Below, one piece after another: positions 23,191 through 35,700 of a stretch of 64,000 nucleotides of DNA (position 1 is the first letter of the stretch; each line of letters begins with the position of its first letter). The translations under genes and the position numbers were made by a program. The DNA is taken from positions 6,596,234-6,660,233 of the forward strand of contig OZ316894.1 in assembly GCA_973895155.1 (NCBI GenBank). Direction: 5' to 3'. The notes below the pieces were generated by a model, which searched no databases, was not told the origin of the DNA, and saw only the letters and a program-made list of their open reading frames with translations. This stretch comes from Marsupella aquatica (Eukaryota > Plantae > Marchantiophyta).

Positions 23191-26100
23191 TCACTTTCGA
23201 ACCCGCTTCTTTGAGTTGGAAGGCGTGCTATCGCCCCCACGTTTCGAATATCTAGATACACGAGAAGTAGAACTCTGCCTCGAAATAGGCGTTGTCCGCT
23301 GCTTCTCCACCGACAACCCTGAGGATACTAAACTACAAGAATTGTTCGGAGCCCCCTTTTTTTCGATATCTATACAGCTCATGTCTTTCATCTTTGCAGG
23401 AGTCGTCTTGTTCCCTATACTTTCTACATTCAGACGCCCACCGCTTGCCCTGAGATCGGCCAGAACCTGACCCTGCAAACTTGTCTTTTGGAAATCTCTG
23501 TCCACTCTTATCTTTTTGCCCGAACTCCCACCAGGAACTCGGTTACCAGATTCAATGAGGAATTCGGGCTTTTGTGATTCCTTCCTTGGAGTTTCCTCCT
23601 TAAAAACTCTGTTTGCTGCCGCCTTTTTGAAGGTGGTCTCAATCTTGACATCCAGATCTCGGTCAACATCGTTATCATTGGAAGATCTTCCAGCATGAGG
23701 AGTGTCCTCAAAAGGTATATGCGCACTCTTTGCTCCTCCTTGACTATCCAAGGCGGCAGGAGACTCAGTGTTACCTTTCAGGATACCTTTCTTCCGAACC
23801 TCTGACCCGGCAGAGTTATTAGAAACCCTCGCCTTGTGGACTTCCATCGATTTCCTCACTTCTCTCTTCCGTGTTGCCGGCCCATTTTGCTTCAGCAGAG
23901 CTTCGGTTTGTAAAATCTTATCCATCTCCGTTAGGGCACAGCTTCTGAGGGCCTTGGCACCCACATACTCCTGGGAATCACTGCTATTATACACCAATGC
24001 ATTGGTAAAAATCAAAAGAAGATCTCTAAAAAATTCTACACTGCCAGAGTAGGCACCATCCTCCAGGCGGGAACGAACCATGCTCAAGTCCACATGCCTC
24101 CTTACCAGACGATCGTATCGGGCGTTGTCCTGATACTCCTGACGTTGCCTGAAGAGAGGAGCGAATTTGTGGGCACAAATGACTCGAAGACATTCCAAAA
24201 GTGGAAGAAACTTCCCCGGAACCTTGGGCTCCCTTCGATTTTTCCTACTCGAGGGGGACATGTCCTCTATGCTATCCATGGAGGATCCCACTTCACTCTT
24301 GTCAATCTGATTGTCAGTGCAGTCCGGAAACGGCTGCTGGACCTCACCAGCCTCTGGGCGATCTCTGCTGTGTTCCTGACGGTTCTCACTTCCTTTAGTC
24401 TCTACAATTTCTGGAACGCCTTCATCCACAGACCTAGAGATACCCAGATCTGTTTCGGGCGTCTCTCCTTCGTTACCTTCGATAACCATACCCACTACCT
24501 CATCTTCTTTCCCCTCGTCGTCTTTCCTAACCTCCACAACTTCACTTTCCATCATTAAATTATCGACCTCTTGAATTGCGTCCTCACTTTTCACGTCGGT
24601 TTCCGAAGGAATCATGCTACTACTTGCGGATTTCACCTCATTTGGGATCTCAGCAGCTTGAACGGCCGTTTCTTCCATTAAATTACGTTCCTTAGAAACT
24701 TCTTCACTCTTAGGATTAGGACTGCTTTCTAAAGTCGCCTTCCGTGGTTCTACTTCAGTTATTACGTCGGAAGGACGAAGTTCGGCAAGCTCAGGGTCCG
24801 GTCCGAGTGCCACTGTCAATAGCGGGATTTCATCTTCCGGAGAACTCGGCTCAACCCCCTTGCTTAATACCAAATAAGAACCAGCTGGATGAAATCCATT
24901 CACATCCGTGTGACTCGGCCGATCGTCGACGTCGACGGGATTGGTTGGATGACTCTCACTACTCAGTCCACTACACTGGACGCAATTGTCTGCACCGTCT
25001 CCCGCGATAGCTGGAGTTGGAGAATCAGGCACAACCACATCTTGCTTTAATGATTCAGCAATCGCCTCACCCATTAGAGATGAATTTCTGCCCTTTTCAC
25101 TCTGTTCCAACGGGATAGATGTGTCCTTGATGTCTGTTTCCTGCACTTCCAGTATGGCAGCCTCCTCTATCGTACTCTCTGAAAGCTGATGATCCTCAGG
25201 TTTTGCTAGTTGAGGCCGTGACATTTGCTTTAGTTTAGCTTCTTCCTTGGCTTTCAGCCTCTTCTCTTTCTCAGCTCGGCCATAGCTCAGACCAAGTCGA
25301 GACCACCGAGACTCCCTCTTCGAGCTTGAATCCACGTCGAATGTACCTGTACTGTTTCTAGCTTCTCGTTCGAGAGCCCTGCACGGTGATGAAGCACCAC
25401 TAGCCACACCCAACGCCTCCAAGGAATCCACAGAGTCCCGAGCAAGGAGATCCTCAGGAGTGTCAACAGCCGTACTCGTACTGGGCAACTCTGGCTGTGG
25501 ACATGAAGTGCTCATCGCCATGTCAGGCTCGGAGTCCGTTCCAGCTGCTCTATCCTCCCAACCCACGGTGGCTACTTTCTCTGGCATGGCCATGTCATGG
25601 GCTACGGCAGAATCAACCCCATCTCCGCGGACTTGAGCGTCGGCCTCCCCGGGTGGAGTTTCCGAAGGTTTCTCCTCTATAGCTTGATAGCCCACTGTGG
25701 CTTGATCCTCTCCTACCGCTTGATCCTCCAGTATGGCCCGGTCCTCAACTACGGCTTGATCCTCTACTACGGATTGATCCTCTACATTGGCTTGGTCCTC
25801 TACTTTGCCTTGATCAGCGGTTGAAGCTGAGATTTCTAGGTCAGGTTCTTCTATAGCAATTTCATCTTTTCTGACCTGCAATGCGTCTGTCGAAGTTGTC
25901 AAGAAAACTTGCTCCTCACCCTTGTCAGGTTCCTTCTCTGGGGTTATCTCTCGGGTGGGTAATTCCAAGGACATGTTCTGCTCTATTTTCATATCCGCCC
26001 CTCTTTCAACCACCTCATCGGTACAATCTTGGCCCAGGCGATGTGGCGTAGAGGTGGCTGGACTATCCCTCTGGTTTCCAAGCTCCTCCACTTCCATAAC

Positions 26101-26889
26101 AGAAAATTCCTGCGGGTCCAAGTCACCAGAGGTTACAGGTATGTTTTCAGCCGGGGAGGCTCCCTCTGCCGCATTGGTTAGCGCGGAATCATGAGCCGTT
26201 TCAAAGGATTCTTCAGAGAGACACGTCGGAATGGAAGGTTTGATGTCAGGAGACTTGCAACCCTTAGGATGTGACTCTGCCCTGCAATTGCTGTGGCACT
26301 GCTGCTTCATGGCAGACTGAGGAGACAAATACTGAGGCCTTTCTTCCTGGAGTGCCCTTTCGTCCTGAAGTTTACTGATTCTCGATTGGAGTTGCCCAAT
26401 GGAACTGTCATACACTTGTAATTCCTCCTTCAAGTGAGACATTCTCAATTTTCGTAGCTCCTCAAACCACGTCACGCCCCCGTCGAGGTCATCGTCCGGG
26501 GAAGAGACGCTGCTGCCACCGCCACTGCTGCCGCTGCTTGCAAACTTCCCTTTCAAGACATTGTATTTGAATTTGCACGCCTCTTCGGTGAAGCATGACG
26601 GGGAGATATTGAGAAGATCGGCTCGAGCTTTCAGCTCCGAAGCCACCAAGTTCCAATTGGTAACGCCATGTTTCTTCACCGCACTCACCAGAAGTAACTC
26701 CGAACATGATCCCCATTCACTACTACTGCTGCTTCCACTGCTCCCACTGCTCCCGGGCCGTGACGATTCTACCGTCTTGACCTGCTGCTCCTCCTGCAAC
26801 CCACTCATACCGATGCCCTTACTACTACTGTCCTCATCCGTTCCCTCTCCACGCAGAGTTTCCCATATCCCAGGCCTTCGAGCGATCAT
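23191..26889 (-). CDS. SANT/Myb-like plus bromodomain chromatin protein (BRD8-like), 1232 aa, single coding exon
   Basis: N-terminal WGSCSELLLVSAVKKHGVTNWNLVASEL..CKFKY and WFEELRKLRMSHLKEELQVYDSSIGQLQ coiled coil, a long acidic linker, then bromodomain PLLECLRVICAHKFAPLFRQR..YDRLVRRHVDLSMVRSRL..FFRDLLLIFTNALVYN. Confidence 0.92.
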   Translation of the reverse strand: MIARRPGIWETLRGEGTDEDSSSKGIGMSGLQEEQQVKTVESSRPGSSGSSGSSSSSEWGSCSELLLVSAVKKHGVTNWNLVASELKARADLLNISPSCFTEEACKFKYNVLKGKFASSGSSGGGSSVSSPDDDLDGGVTWFEELRKLRMSHLKEELQVYDSSIGQLQSRISKLQDERALQEERPQYLSPQSAMKQQCHSNCRAESHPKGCKSPDIKPSIPTCLSEESFETAHDSALTNAAEGASPAENIPVTSGDLDPQEFSVMEVEELGNQRDSPATSTPHRLGQDCTDEVVERGADMKIEQNMSLELPTREITPEKEPDKGEEQVFLTTSTDALQVRKDEIAIEEPDLEISASTADQGKVEDQANVEDQSVVEDQAVVEDRAILEDQAVGEDQATVGYQAIEEKPSETPPGEADAQVRGDGVDSAVAHDMAMPEKVATVGWEDRAAGTDSEPDMAMSTSCPQPELPSTSTAVDTPEDLLARDSVDSLEALGVASGASSPCRALEREARNSTGTFDVDSSSKRESRWSRLGLSYGRAEKEKRLKAKEEAKLKQMSRPQLAKPEDHQLSESTIEEAAILEVQETDIKDTSIPLEQSEKGRNSSLMGEAIAESLKQDVVVPDSPTPAIAGDGADNCVQCSGLSSESHPTNPVDVDDRPSHTDVNGFHPAGSYLVLSKGVEPSSPEDEIPLLTVALGPDPELAELRPSDVITEVEPRKATLESSPNPKSEEVSKERNLMEETAVQAAEIPNEVKSASSSMIPSETDVKSEDAIQEVDNLMMESEVVEVRKDDEGKEDEVVGMVIEGNEGETPETDLGISRSVDEGVPEIVETKGSENRQEHSRDRPEAGEVQQPFPDCTDNQIDKSEVGSSMDSIEDMSPSSRKNRREPKVPGKFLPLLECLRVICAHKFAPLFRQRQEYQDNARYDRLVRRHVDLSMVRSRLEDGAYSGSVEFFRDLLLIFTNALVYNSSDSQEYVGAKALRSCALTEMDKILQTEALLKQNGPATRKREVRKSMEVHKARVSNNSAGSEVRKKGILKGNTESPAALDSQGGAKSAHIPFEDTPHAGRSSNDNDVDRDLDVKIETTFKKAAANRVFKEETPRKESQKPEFLIESGNRVPGGSSGKKIRVDRDFQKTSLQGQVLADLRASGGRLNVESIGNKTTPAKMKDMSCIDIEKKGAPNNSCSLVSSGLSVEKQRTTPISRQSSTSRVSRYSKRGGDSTPSNSKKRVRK
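25684..25815 (-). repeat. coding 18-bp minisatellite (VEDQAV-like hexapeptide, about 7 copies)
   Basis: Encodes KVEDQANVEDQSVVEDQAVVEDRAILEDQAVGEDQATVGYQ. Confidence 0.85.
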
Positions 26890-29759
26890 CCTTTCTCGTC
26901 AGACATGTTCAGCGGTCACAGGCAACTCCCAGCCCATCCAAGCAGTAAATTTCTCGACCTACCACGCTCTGAACATAAAAATGGGACAGCACAAACCACC
27001 AACCATTCCATCATTCCTCAGCCACCCAGATCAGTTGATTAAGGAAAAACAATCACTTATCCACATCCAAGGCGTGGAAGCATTGCAACTTGAAGGGATA
27101 ATATTGAATAGAACCGTTCTCGTTGTGAGGCAGCATGAGGATACAAAGACGGTGTCAGAAGGGAAAGTTGATCGACACTATGATTTACGACCAAACGAGG
27201 AGAAACCACCATTACAAATCTCCTGAAAGAATGTGTAATCACCTGTTCCATGGGTAGTAGTAGCAGTTTTCATATACATGCTTCTCGGAGAGAGATCGCA
27301 AAACCGTCTGCTGACGCCCACCGCTCGCTACGTTGGAACACAGTTGGTTCGTCGGCTTTCTGTTACCCCTGTCGAGACGAATATTCTACACCCTGTCCAA
27401 TGCGTAGTATTGTCGCCTCCACATATCCACATCCATCTTAATCCTTAGCATTTTCCATCAGCCCGGGAACCACTCTTTGTGCCTTTCTCATCCCTTCAAC
27501 TCTAGCATGCAACCTGCCCTAATGTACACTGGTTTTTCGTACTGGCAAGCCGATCTTCGAGAGACATCCACAAAATCGACAAACCGACATCGGATCTGGG
27601 GCTTTCGACCTCAATCTCCGAAATCTCCCGGTCCCCGCGAGTCCACCCCTCTTCTACAATATTTTCGGTCTTGTAGGTCCAACAAAAAGAATCCTTTGAG
27701 CTCTTGCCAAGGAAGAGGTGTCGTCACACGTCTCTTCCGCCAGATCTGAAGGACAACCTCTCCAGATTCCTCCCGAGCAAGGACCTGCTCTTCTCTTGGG
27801 ACGCAGAAAGATGGCTACATGCCAAGGCCGTCCATGTCTCGCGGAATGATGTGCACAACTGTTTCCGTATCCCCCGAGGGACTCGCTAACGCCAGCTCCA
27901 AGCCCCAGAACAGGAATGGAAAGACGCGGAGGACAGTCGTAAACAACAGCGAAGGTCAACCACCACTGGTATTTTCAATGGCCGAGGGGTGGGAGGAGGA
28001 AGGGCAGCAAGGAGAATTACTGTATTCGGTCCTCTACGGCCGGCCAGCCCCGCCCACAACAGCAGCAATGGACTTCATAGATTCATGGTCCCTACTGCAA
28101 AGCACCCGCCCCTGCACGGCATTAAAAGCCAGAGAGGGGAAGTTTCGAAACACACCTGCAGCTCCAACAGACTGTCTGGTAGCGGCGAAGGGAAAGGAAG
28201 TACCCGTCCAGCCGCTTGTTCCGTGCATCCGGGGACGAGTTAGTGGAAATCTACGAATGATCAACCGATCCTTACCCCCAACTTCCTCGTGACAGATTGA
28301 TCAACCCCTCAGTACGAGGACGAGGTGGTAGTAATTAGTGGCTGTCGCTCGATTGGGTTGGCTTGCTTCCTGCTGGCCTTGACTGTGCCAAGTCGGGGTT
28401 GTGGGGGGATCTGGCTTGGCTTGGCTGGGCTTGGCTTGCTTTGCGATGATTCTCTCGTCGGCCTGTCTGCTTTATGAGATCAGTTGGCTTTCTTGTTGAC
28501 GTCGTCCAGCAGTTGAGCGAGGAGCTTCAATGTACTGTAGTCCTCGTCGATGTGGCGTCTAGACCAGAGAATAGAAATGAGATGGTCAGATGGAAGTAGT
28601 GGAAGAACGAAAAGAAGAGGACACAACAGATAAGAAAACGAAAGGCGTGGTCAGCGGATTGCTGATTGCTTTCCTCCATCCCGAAGGAAGGAAAGTCGTT
28701 CTTTCCATTCCTCCAAGACACGCATCTTACGAGAAAACGGTTCTCTAGTCTTCTCGTCTTCGTCGCTTGTCAGCAAACAACAGTTCAGTAAACAACAGTG
28801 GCGTTGTACACCAGTACTTGTCTGAAGCTCCAAGTCAAATTTACCAAAACAAGGGAATTAAAAAATCATGGGATCTCTTTCTTCGCGCCGTCGTGCATGG
28901 AAGCGCGGGGGGCGGGAATCGAACCCGTGACTGCCGAATTTTCCATCCGTCACGGTACAGGAGAATGATATGGCTCAGGAACTTACGCGCGCTTTTTCCA
29001 CGTTCCTTTTACGCCCTTCTTTTGCCCCCGTTCTGCCGCTCGTCATTATTATTAAAGAGCAAAAAAACCAGGAACTATCCGTACGGGGACTTTACCGAGT
29101 ACCGACAATTCACGCACCGCTTGGTTGTTGTTTATTTGTTCCTAATCGACGTGTCAGTGTATCCCACGTACAGTAGATATTCAGAGTTCACTCCCCGAAA
29201 TTGGTCCCTGGAAGTGCCTTCGCGTTAGTCGTGAGCAGCCCCACCCTATATGCCCGGGAGTCCTGCTCATCGTTTCAAGGTTACGAATTTTAGAAGAAAA
29301 ATAAAATCTAAGGGGGGCTTTGACTAGTTAGCACGTGGGGCACAAATCTTTGCAGTTCACCAATTACAAACGTGAGGTACGGTACAGTGCATCCACTAAA
29401 TTAAAATGTGTGAGCCCAAATGTGTACCCTGAAGTTTAAATGTCTTAATCAAATTGTGTAAACTACACTTAGAATGTCTGAACCAAAACGTGGTGCCAAG
29501 TGTGGAGATAACAAATGCAAGACCTTGAATAGAGGTGGACTATCTTAGAGTATCTACTGTAAAAATTTTGAAGAAAAACCATGGACACATCAGAGAAAAG
29601 GGAACCACAAGGGACCCACCAGCAGGTGATTAGGATATAAAGTTTTGCCAGATTGTGCCCCCAAGTTTATATGAAACCTGTTCCCACATTTGAATGGCTA
29701 GGATTGCAGGTCAACTAGAGAAAAACAAACAAAAGACAGCCCACCGAGTTCTTGTAAAA

Positions 29760-30310
29760 CACCCCTTAAGTGTTGGGTCTAATATTCTCCACTTTTGGAA
29801 CGGGGAGCACATTGTGTGTGTAACCTCTTGGCCCAAATTTTTCCTGTTTGGGCCTGGTGCTCTCCAGTCTATGAGTGAGAAATGGGCAAAAGGAATAATG
29901 TGTATTTTCCAAGTGTTGGTCTTCTCTTTTGTCTCCTCTGTTGAAATGGGGGGCACTTCCTGGCATTCACCTCTGGCCCCTTTTTTGGTTTGGGCCTGGT
30001 GCTCTTCAATCTAAGAGTGAGAAATGGGCAAAAGGGAGAATGTGTCCTTTCCAAGTGTTGGGTCTTCTCTTCTCGTCTCCTCTTTTGAAATGGGGGGGCA
30101 CAGCCTGGGAGTCACCTCTGGCCCCTTTTTTGGTTTGGGCTGGCTGCTCTCCGGTGTTCGAGTGAGAGATGGGCAAAAGGGAAAATCTGTTTTTTTTCTA
30201 TGTGTTAGGTCTACTCTTTTCCACTTTTGGAATGTGGGGCACTTCTGAGGAGTCCCCTCTAGCCCCTTCAAAAAATTCCTGTTAGGGTTGGGGTTTGGGC
30301 CTGGGGCTCT
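29760..30310. repeat. about 143-bp tandem repeat, 3 to 4 copies
   Basis: gagtgaga(a/g)atgggcaaaagg at 29873, 30015 and 30160, with shared tttgggc(c)tgg segments. Confidence 0.9.
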
Positions 30311-30631
30311 CTACTTTTCGCCCTCCTTCACCCTGGCCCTCCCCCATCTTGGCCCTCACCCTCTTAACAGTGGTTTTTGCAACAATAACATCCTCAAGGG
30401 ATCACTATATGGAAAGTTGTACATCACGTGTGACGGTCTGGGTTATTTATGACCCCTTTAATCATTTTAAGTAAAGTTGTACAACACCCATCATATATAT
30501 AATTAGTGACACATCATTATGTATTTTCTAGCTAAAAAACATTATATATACATCACAACTTAATAAGTATCTCTCAAAATGATTAAAATGACCCTTACTT
30601 TGCTACTGACACTTGAACGTGTGAGCACCTG

Positions 30632-30679
30632 CCCCCCCCCCCCCCCCAAAAAAAATAACTAACTAACTAACTAACTAAT
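30632..30679. repeat. C16-A8-(TAAC)n simple repeat cluster
   Basis: Read directly from the sequence. Confidence 0.9.
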
Positions 30680-32748
30680 GACACAGTCAACATGAGTATC
30701 CAGTAGACACTGCCATAAAGACGACACTTCTTTGCCTCTCCTGTATTTCTTTGTCTCACCTCAACAATGCATGGACATTGTGCACGCATGGGCATGGGCA
30801 AATTATTGCACCATTCATAACATGGTTGCAGCAACTATCATGCACCGATCAGGTATTAGGCTAGTTGTGACATAAAATAGGGTGTGAAGCTGCAGACAGC
30901 TTGTGCCAATGGATGCCCCCCAAAATGTCAGTTTGGATTCATCGCCTGGATTGGTGTATAAAGGGTTCATGGTTACCTCGTTGTTCTCACATAGCATAGC
31001 AATTTGTGTAACCTTGCCTTATTGAGCAGAAAACTCAAAAAGCCTGGTCAAGCTCAAGAGGAAACCACATAAAGAGTCACAAAGTGGCATTGGTATGGAG
31101 ATCCCAAAGGGGACCCCAAAAATCCGATAGCCTCGGCCCTTCCAAGAATAATGAAAATCTGAGCCCTTTGTAGTGAGACAAACGCTCATTGTCTAAAGAA
31201 TGCAATGAGAACCAAAACTGGGGGATAAGCTTTTTGCTCTACACAAAGACCACACATCCTCGGGGGTTTCACTTCCACAAAAATGACATATCACGTGCGA
31301 TGAAGGATAGGGTCATTTTATTGGTTGTAAGGGAAGACTTAAGAATTTTTGTAGAATAACAATAGGGTCTTTTAATTCAATTTTGAGACTTATAAGAACA
31401 TTAGGGCCTTTTTAATCCAATTTTTGGAATATTCCAAATTTATAGGGGTTAAAAAATAATAATTTTTTCTTACATTTTAGGGGGTCCGAGGCCTAAAAAT
31501 GTCGCAGGTGATGGGGAGGTCCCCATATAGTGAGACCCCTGAGCACACATCCCCACAAGAAAAGAGTTTATATCCACTATTTCTATATATAATTGAGATT
31601 AAATAAGAAACTTTCTCTTTATGCCATGCTAGAGATTATAAGTTTGGAAAAGCAATTATAAGGAACACTTCTCCCTTTGCCCACCTATACAGATTGTCCA
31701 AGATATCATGTTTTGATCAATCATACCATATCCCCATTCACTTTGATAGACAATGGCCCTAGATTGATGGGATGTGCGTTCTTAGGTGACTGACTCTGAC
31801 CCACTTGATCATCTCCCTTGACCATCTCCTTCCTCTAGCTTGGTGACCCCAGTGGCTGGCCCACAAAACCCACCAGCAGGTTTCTTTTGCCCCCAAGGTT
31901 TTGGTTTCCCTTTCTCTGCTGGCTTTTGCCACTAAGGTCATTTGAATTCAATTGATGCTCCATGCATGACCTTGTCTAAAAAAAACCTGTTACTTGTAAA
32001 CATTTATATATCAAACTGCCAAAAAGCAGGAGGTGCTCAACTGGAAGACATGATCCCACAGGCCAAAAACCCAATCAAGCAAGAACTAGAAAAAGGTGTA
32101 CATATGGTATGTGGTTTCTCCAAATTTTTTTATTCTAAATATATGATATCAAAGAGGTGCATACGAACTGAACACAAGTGTGGTTATTCTATGAAATGAA
32201 GCTCGGATGGAATCTGATGTTGGCAAAGATGTCCAGATGGAGTTTGTGAAAGCTCCAGGTGGAATTTCTAACAATGTAACTCAAACTGAATAGGTCAAAG
32301 TCAGACACCTAGGAGTCTGACCTATTCTCGGTGTTCTCCTCAGCTCTCAAATTTTGAAAACCCACCAGGACTCATCATGGCTCTTGGAAACAAGCCATGG
32401 GAACTGAACAAGCTTTGTTGCACCTCAATTTCTGCCTTGTTCAGATCAGATTTCAGAAAGTTGTGCTATAAGTGGGGCTATAATGCCATCCTACACTGTT
32501 TACCATATTTTGTATCACAACTTATTATTTTAGTCTCCGTGCGTAAATAGTCTCACACACACTAATAGGGTGCGTGTACAAATATATCCCCCAAAAATAT
32601 AAAACTGAGTTCCTTATTAGTCTCCTGTAGATTAATAAAAAAATATTACTATGCTAAGACAAAAGTTTGTGTTTTCATGTGAGAGTATAAAGGAATGTTT
32701 CTTTGAAAACTCATGTATGACTTCTACAAAACCAGGGTCAAGCTTAGG

Positions 32749-32906
32749 ACCAAAGTATACACTCCTGGCCACAACCTTGCCTACATTTTTGCTAAATCTC
32801 TACCCTGAACTTCCCTCAACCCTCCCTACCAAAGTATACACTCCTGGCCACAACTTTGCCTAAATTTTTGCTATATCTCTACCCTGAACTTCCCTCAACC
32901 CTCCCT
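32749..32906. repeat. 79-bp two-copy tandem duplication
   Basis: accaaagtatacactcctggccacaac...ctctaccctgaacttccctcaaccctccct occurs twice. Confidence 0.9.
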
Positions 32907-34008
32907 ATACTTGGCCGGCCCTATCCATAACCTAAACACTTCACAAAATGTTTTTTGCCCAATCTTGCAACATTCTCACCAAATGTTTTGTTCTATTTCT
33001 CAATTTTTTGAATCTCAACATTCTCCACAAATGGATTTCCATTCTGCATGGCCTCTAATATTTGCATTTGCTCAATCTTGACTTAGAGTGAGGACTATAG
33101 GGAGGACTCAAATTTTGTCATTTCTGGTGGGCAAAGCAGTATCATGATCGTAAGTCTCACAGGAGGGTCCCGGTCTATCATAGAGGTTTTCATTGTGTAA
33201 AAGACATTGTTGTGCAAACACTGTTGGGAAAGAAAATATACTGTTATGTAAACTAACTTCTTGCAGAAAGAAGGTGGGAGAGAAGGTAGTTTCTGGCAAG
33301 AGGTGCATGCTCAAGAAAGATCAAAAGACAGATAGAGGCTCTATATAGGCTTCCATAAGAAAAAGTGGCACAATGACCCCATAAGACACCATAATGAATG
33401 ATTGATTCCTGGTTAGGTTTGGAGTCTTTGCCAAATGTCATAAACATGATGCTCTCAGGATTCATTGACACAATCGAGGGGACCTTGGTCTGGGAGGTGG
33501 GAGGATCGAGGAGGACAAATCCTCCTTGATTTTCCCCCCTTCCTTTTCTCCTAGATCCCCTCCCTTTTCCTAGTTTATTTGTGCCTGAGCCCTTTTCCAG
33601 TTTCTTTGTGCCTCCTCCTTTGTTTTGCTTCCTTCCCAATTTATTTTGCCATGCAAATTAGTAAGAAGATCACTGCCAAAGAAACGGGAGTGTATATTAT
33701 ATAGTTTAATACTAATGAAAAGAATTAAATGTTTTTGTATAAGAAAATTATTCTCGTTTAAATACAATTTTGAGACTTATAACTAAACTTCAAACTAATA
33801 TTTAGAATTTTCCAATAATATACTGAATTATTTAGGGTAGTTACGGGTATTTGGGCCCTTCAAAACATCACATGTGATGAGGCCTCCATATATTAGTGAG
33901 ACCCCTGAGGAGCACAATCACCTGACCATCAAGAGCGTACCACAAGTTGACCACCGGACTAGGGAACCCATGATTAGCAAGGAGGTAATTGTTGAAGCCT
34001 AAGTGGAA

Positions 34009-34969
34009 TTTTACTATCCTGTCCCCCAAACTGAGCTCAATTATTAACCTACCCCCAAAATTATATATATTAATTGCTAGGTTACCCCTCATTATGTAGA
34101 TATGAGTTACTTTCACTCTTCTAGGTAACCCAGGTGGGTTCTTATTGGTGGATTGACACATGGTGAGGCGCTATTGGTTCCACCTTACCCTGACTGAGTT
34201 TACCCTCAGCCGACTGGCTCTTTCCCATTTTTTGAATGAGCCCTGCACCAAACATGGCTGGCCTGTCCCCCTCTCAAGTTTCAATCCCGATGACCCAGCT
34301 AGAATCAGTAGGCCCAAATGTGGGTTTGTTTACACATGGAAAATATGTATACCTTTGGGGCCTCTTTAAGTTAATTAGAGTAGTGGAGTAAGGTGAATCA
34401 TCGGGACCCAAAGATCATCAGGCCCCTATGGAGTGTGGGACCCTATTTTTGAAGGGAAATTGCAGCACCCAGCCAACCAGGTTGCCACGGTTGGGATTGA
34501 AACTTGTAGCCAGCCCTGCTCGGTGCAGGGCTTGTTCAAAAAATGGGAAAGAGCGAGCCAGGTCAAGGTATACTCGGCCAGGGTAGGGTGGAGCCAATGC
34601 CGTCTCACCACATGTTAGTCCATTAATGAAATATCAACTTGGGTTGCCTAAAATGGTTAATGTAACCCTTATATACAGTATAGGGGGCAACCTAACAACT
34701 AAAATAATTTTGGGGTAGGTTAATAATCCTTGGTGCAGGGCTTGTTCAAAAAATGGGAAAGAGCGAGCCAGGTGAAGGTATACTCGGCCAGGGTAGGGTG
34801 GAGCCAATGTCACCTCACCACATGTTAGTCCATCAGTGAAATATCAACTTGGGTTGCCTAAAACTGTTAATGTAACCCTCATATACAATATAGGGGGCAA
34901 CCTAACAACTGAAATAATGTTGGGGGTAGTTAATAATTTAGATCAGTTTTGGGGGACAGGATACTAAAA
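34009..34969. mobile_element. foldback (Mutator/MITE-like) element with about 290-bp inverted arms; right arm internally duplicated
   Basis: The left arm 34009-34295 (ttttactatcctgtcccccaaactga...ctctttcccattttttgaatgagccctgcacc) is the reverse complement of 34490-34969, which contains a 210-bp tandem duplication (copies at 34522 and 34732). Confidence 0.8.
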
Positions 34970-35265
34970 AGCTGTTCCAAGAGATGATGCTTGTAACTTG
35001 CTAATGTTGACATGTAACATTTCGCCCGTAAAACAGAATCGAGATGTCTAATCCAATTTAAGCATCTATCCACTTGGCAAACGCAGGAACTTGCGGAAGA
35101 GTTCCTCACCAATCAGAGTAATTACAGGTTCCAGGCTTATCATAAAGTCGACCTCAATTTCCCTCTCTCGCTCGCCAGCTACTGTGCAATCGCACTTGTC
35201 ATGAATCGCAGATGAGATGAAAGCTCGGATGATTTCATGTCTCTGCCTAACTGGCCTACTCCATT

Positions 35266-35390
35266 CTACTGCACAGAACTTCATATCTCATGCTTAGGTG
35301 GGACGAAAGCAGAAAGCAGAGGGCCGACTTCCTATCTCCATTCTACTCCACAGAACTCCATATCTCAAACTTAGGTGGGACGAAAGCAGA
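35266..35390. repeat. 77-bp-period duplication upstream of the plastid-protein gene
   Basis: ctact(g/c)cacagaact(t/c)catatctca..cttaggtgggacgaaagcaga at 35266 and 35343. Confidence 0.8.
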
Positions 35391-35700
35391 GGTCTGAGTG
35401 CCTAACTCTGTTTCACGCCATTGCCTCAATCGCAGGTGGGGCGAAAGCAAGGGTTGTCTGTGATCTATCTCTCCGTTCCTGCTCAACTGCGTTGTACGCC
35501 ATTTCGCTCGATCTTTGGTGGGACTTGACAAAGCAGGGGTTGTCTCTGGTCGTGCATCAGACGAGACCAGAGCAGGGGACCCAACGATGTTCACTTGTCC
35601 TACCGAGAGCTACACAAAACTGCACTAGAGTGTCGAAGGTTTATGAGTTCCTGAGGTTGGTTAGAAATTTGAGGGCCGGAAGGACCGACAGACGAACATC

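Noticed and set aside
26561-28292. Plus-strand ORFs of 221 and 157 aa near the bromodomain gene start
   Set aside because: Antisense to the CDS and probable leader, with no recognisable domain.
28903-28935. tRNA T-arm/B-box-like GGGTTCGATTCCCG on the minus strand
   Set aside because: No D-arm, anticodon arm or complementary 5' acceptor strand. At most a tRNA- or SINE-derived fragment.
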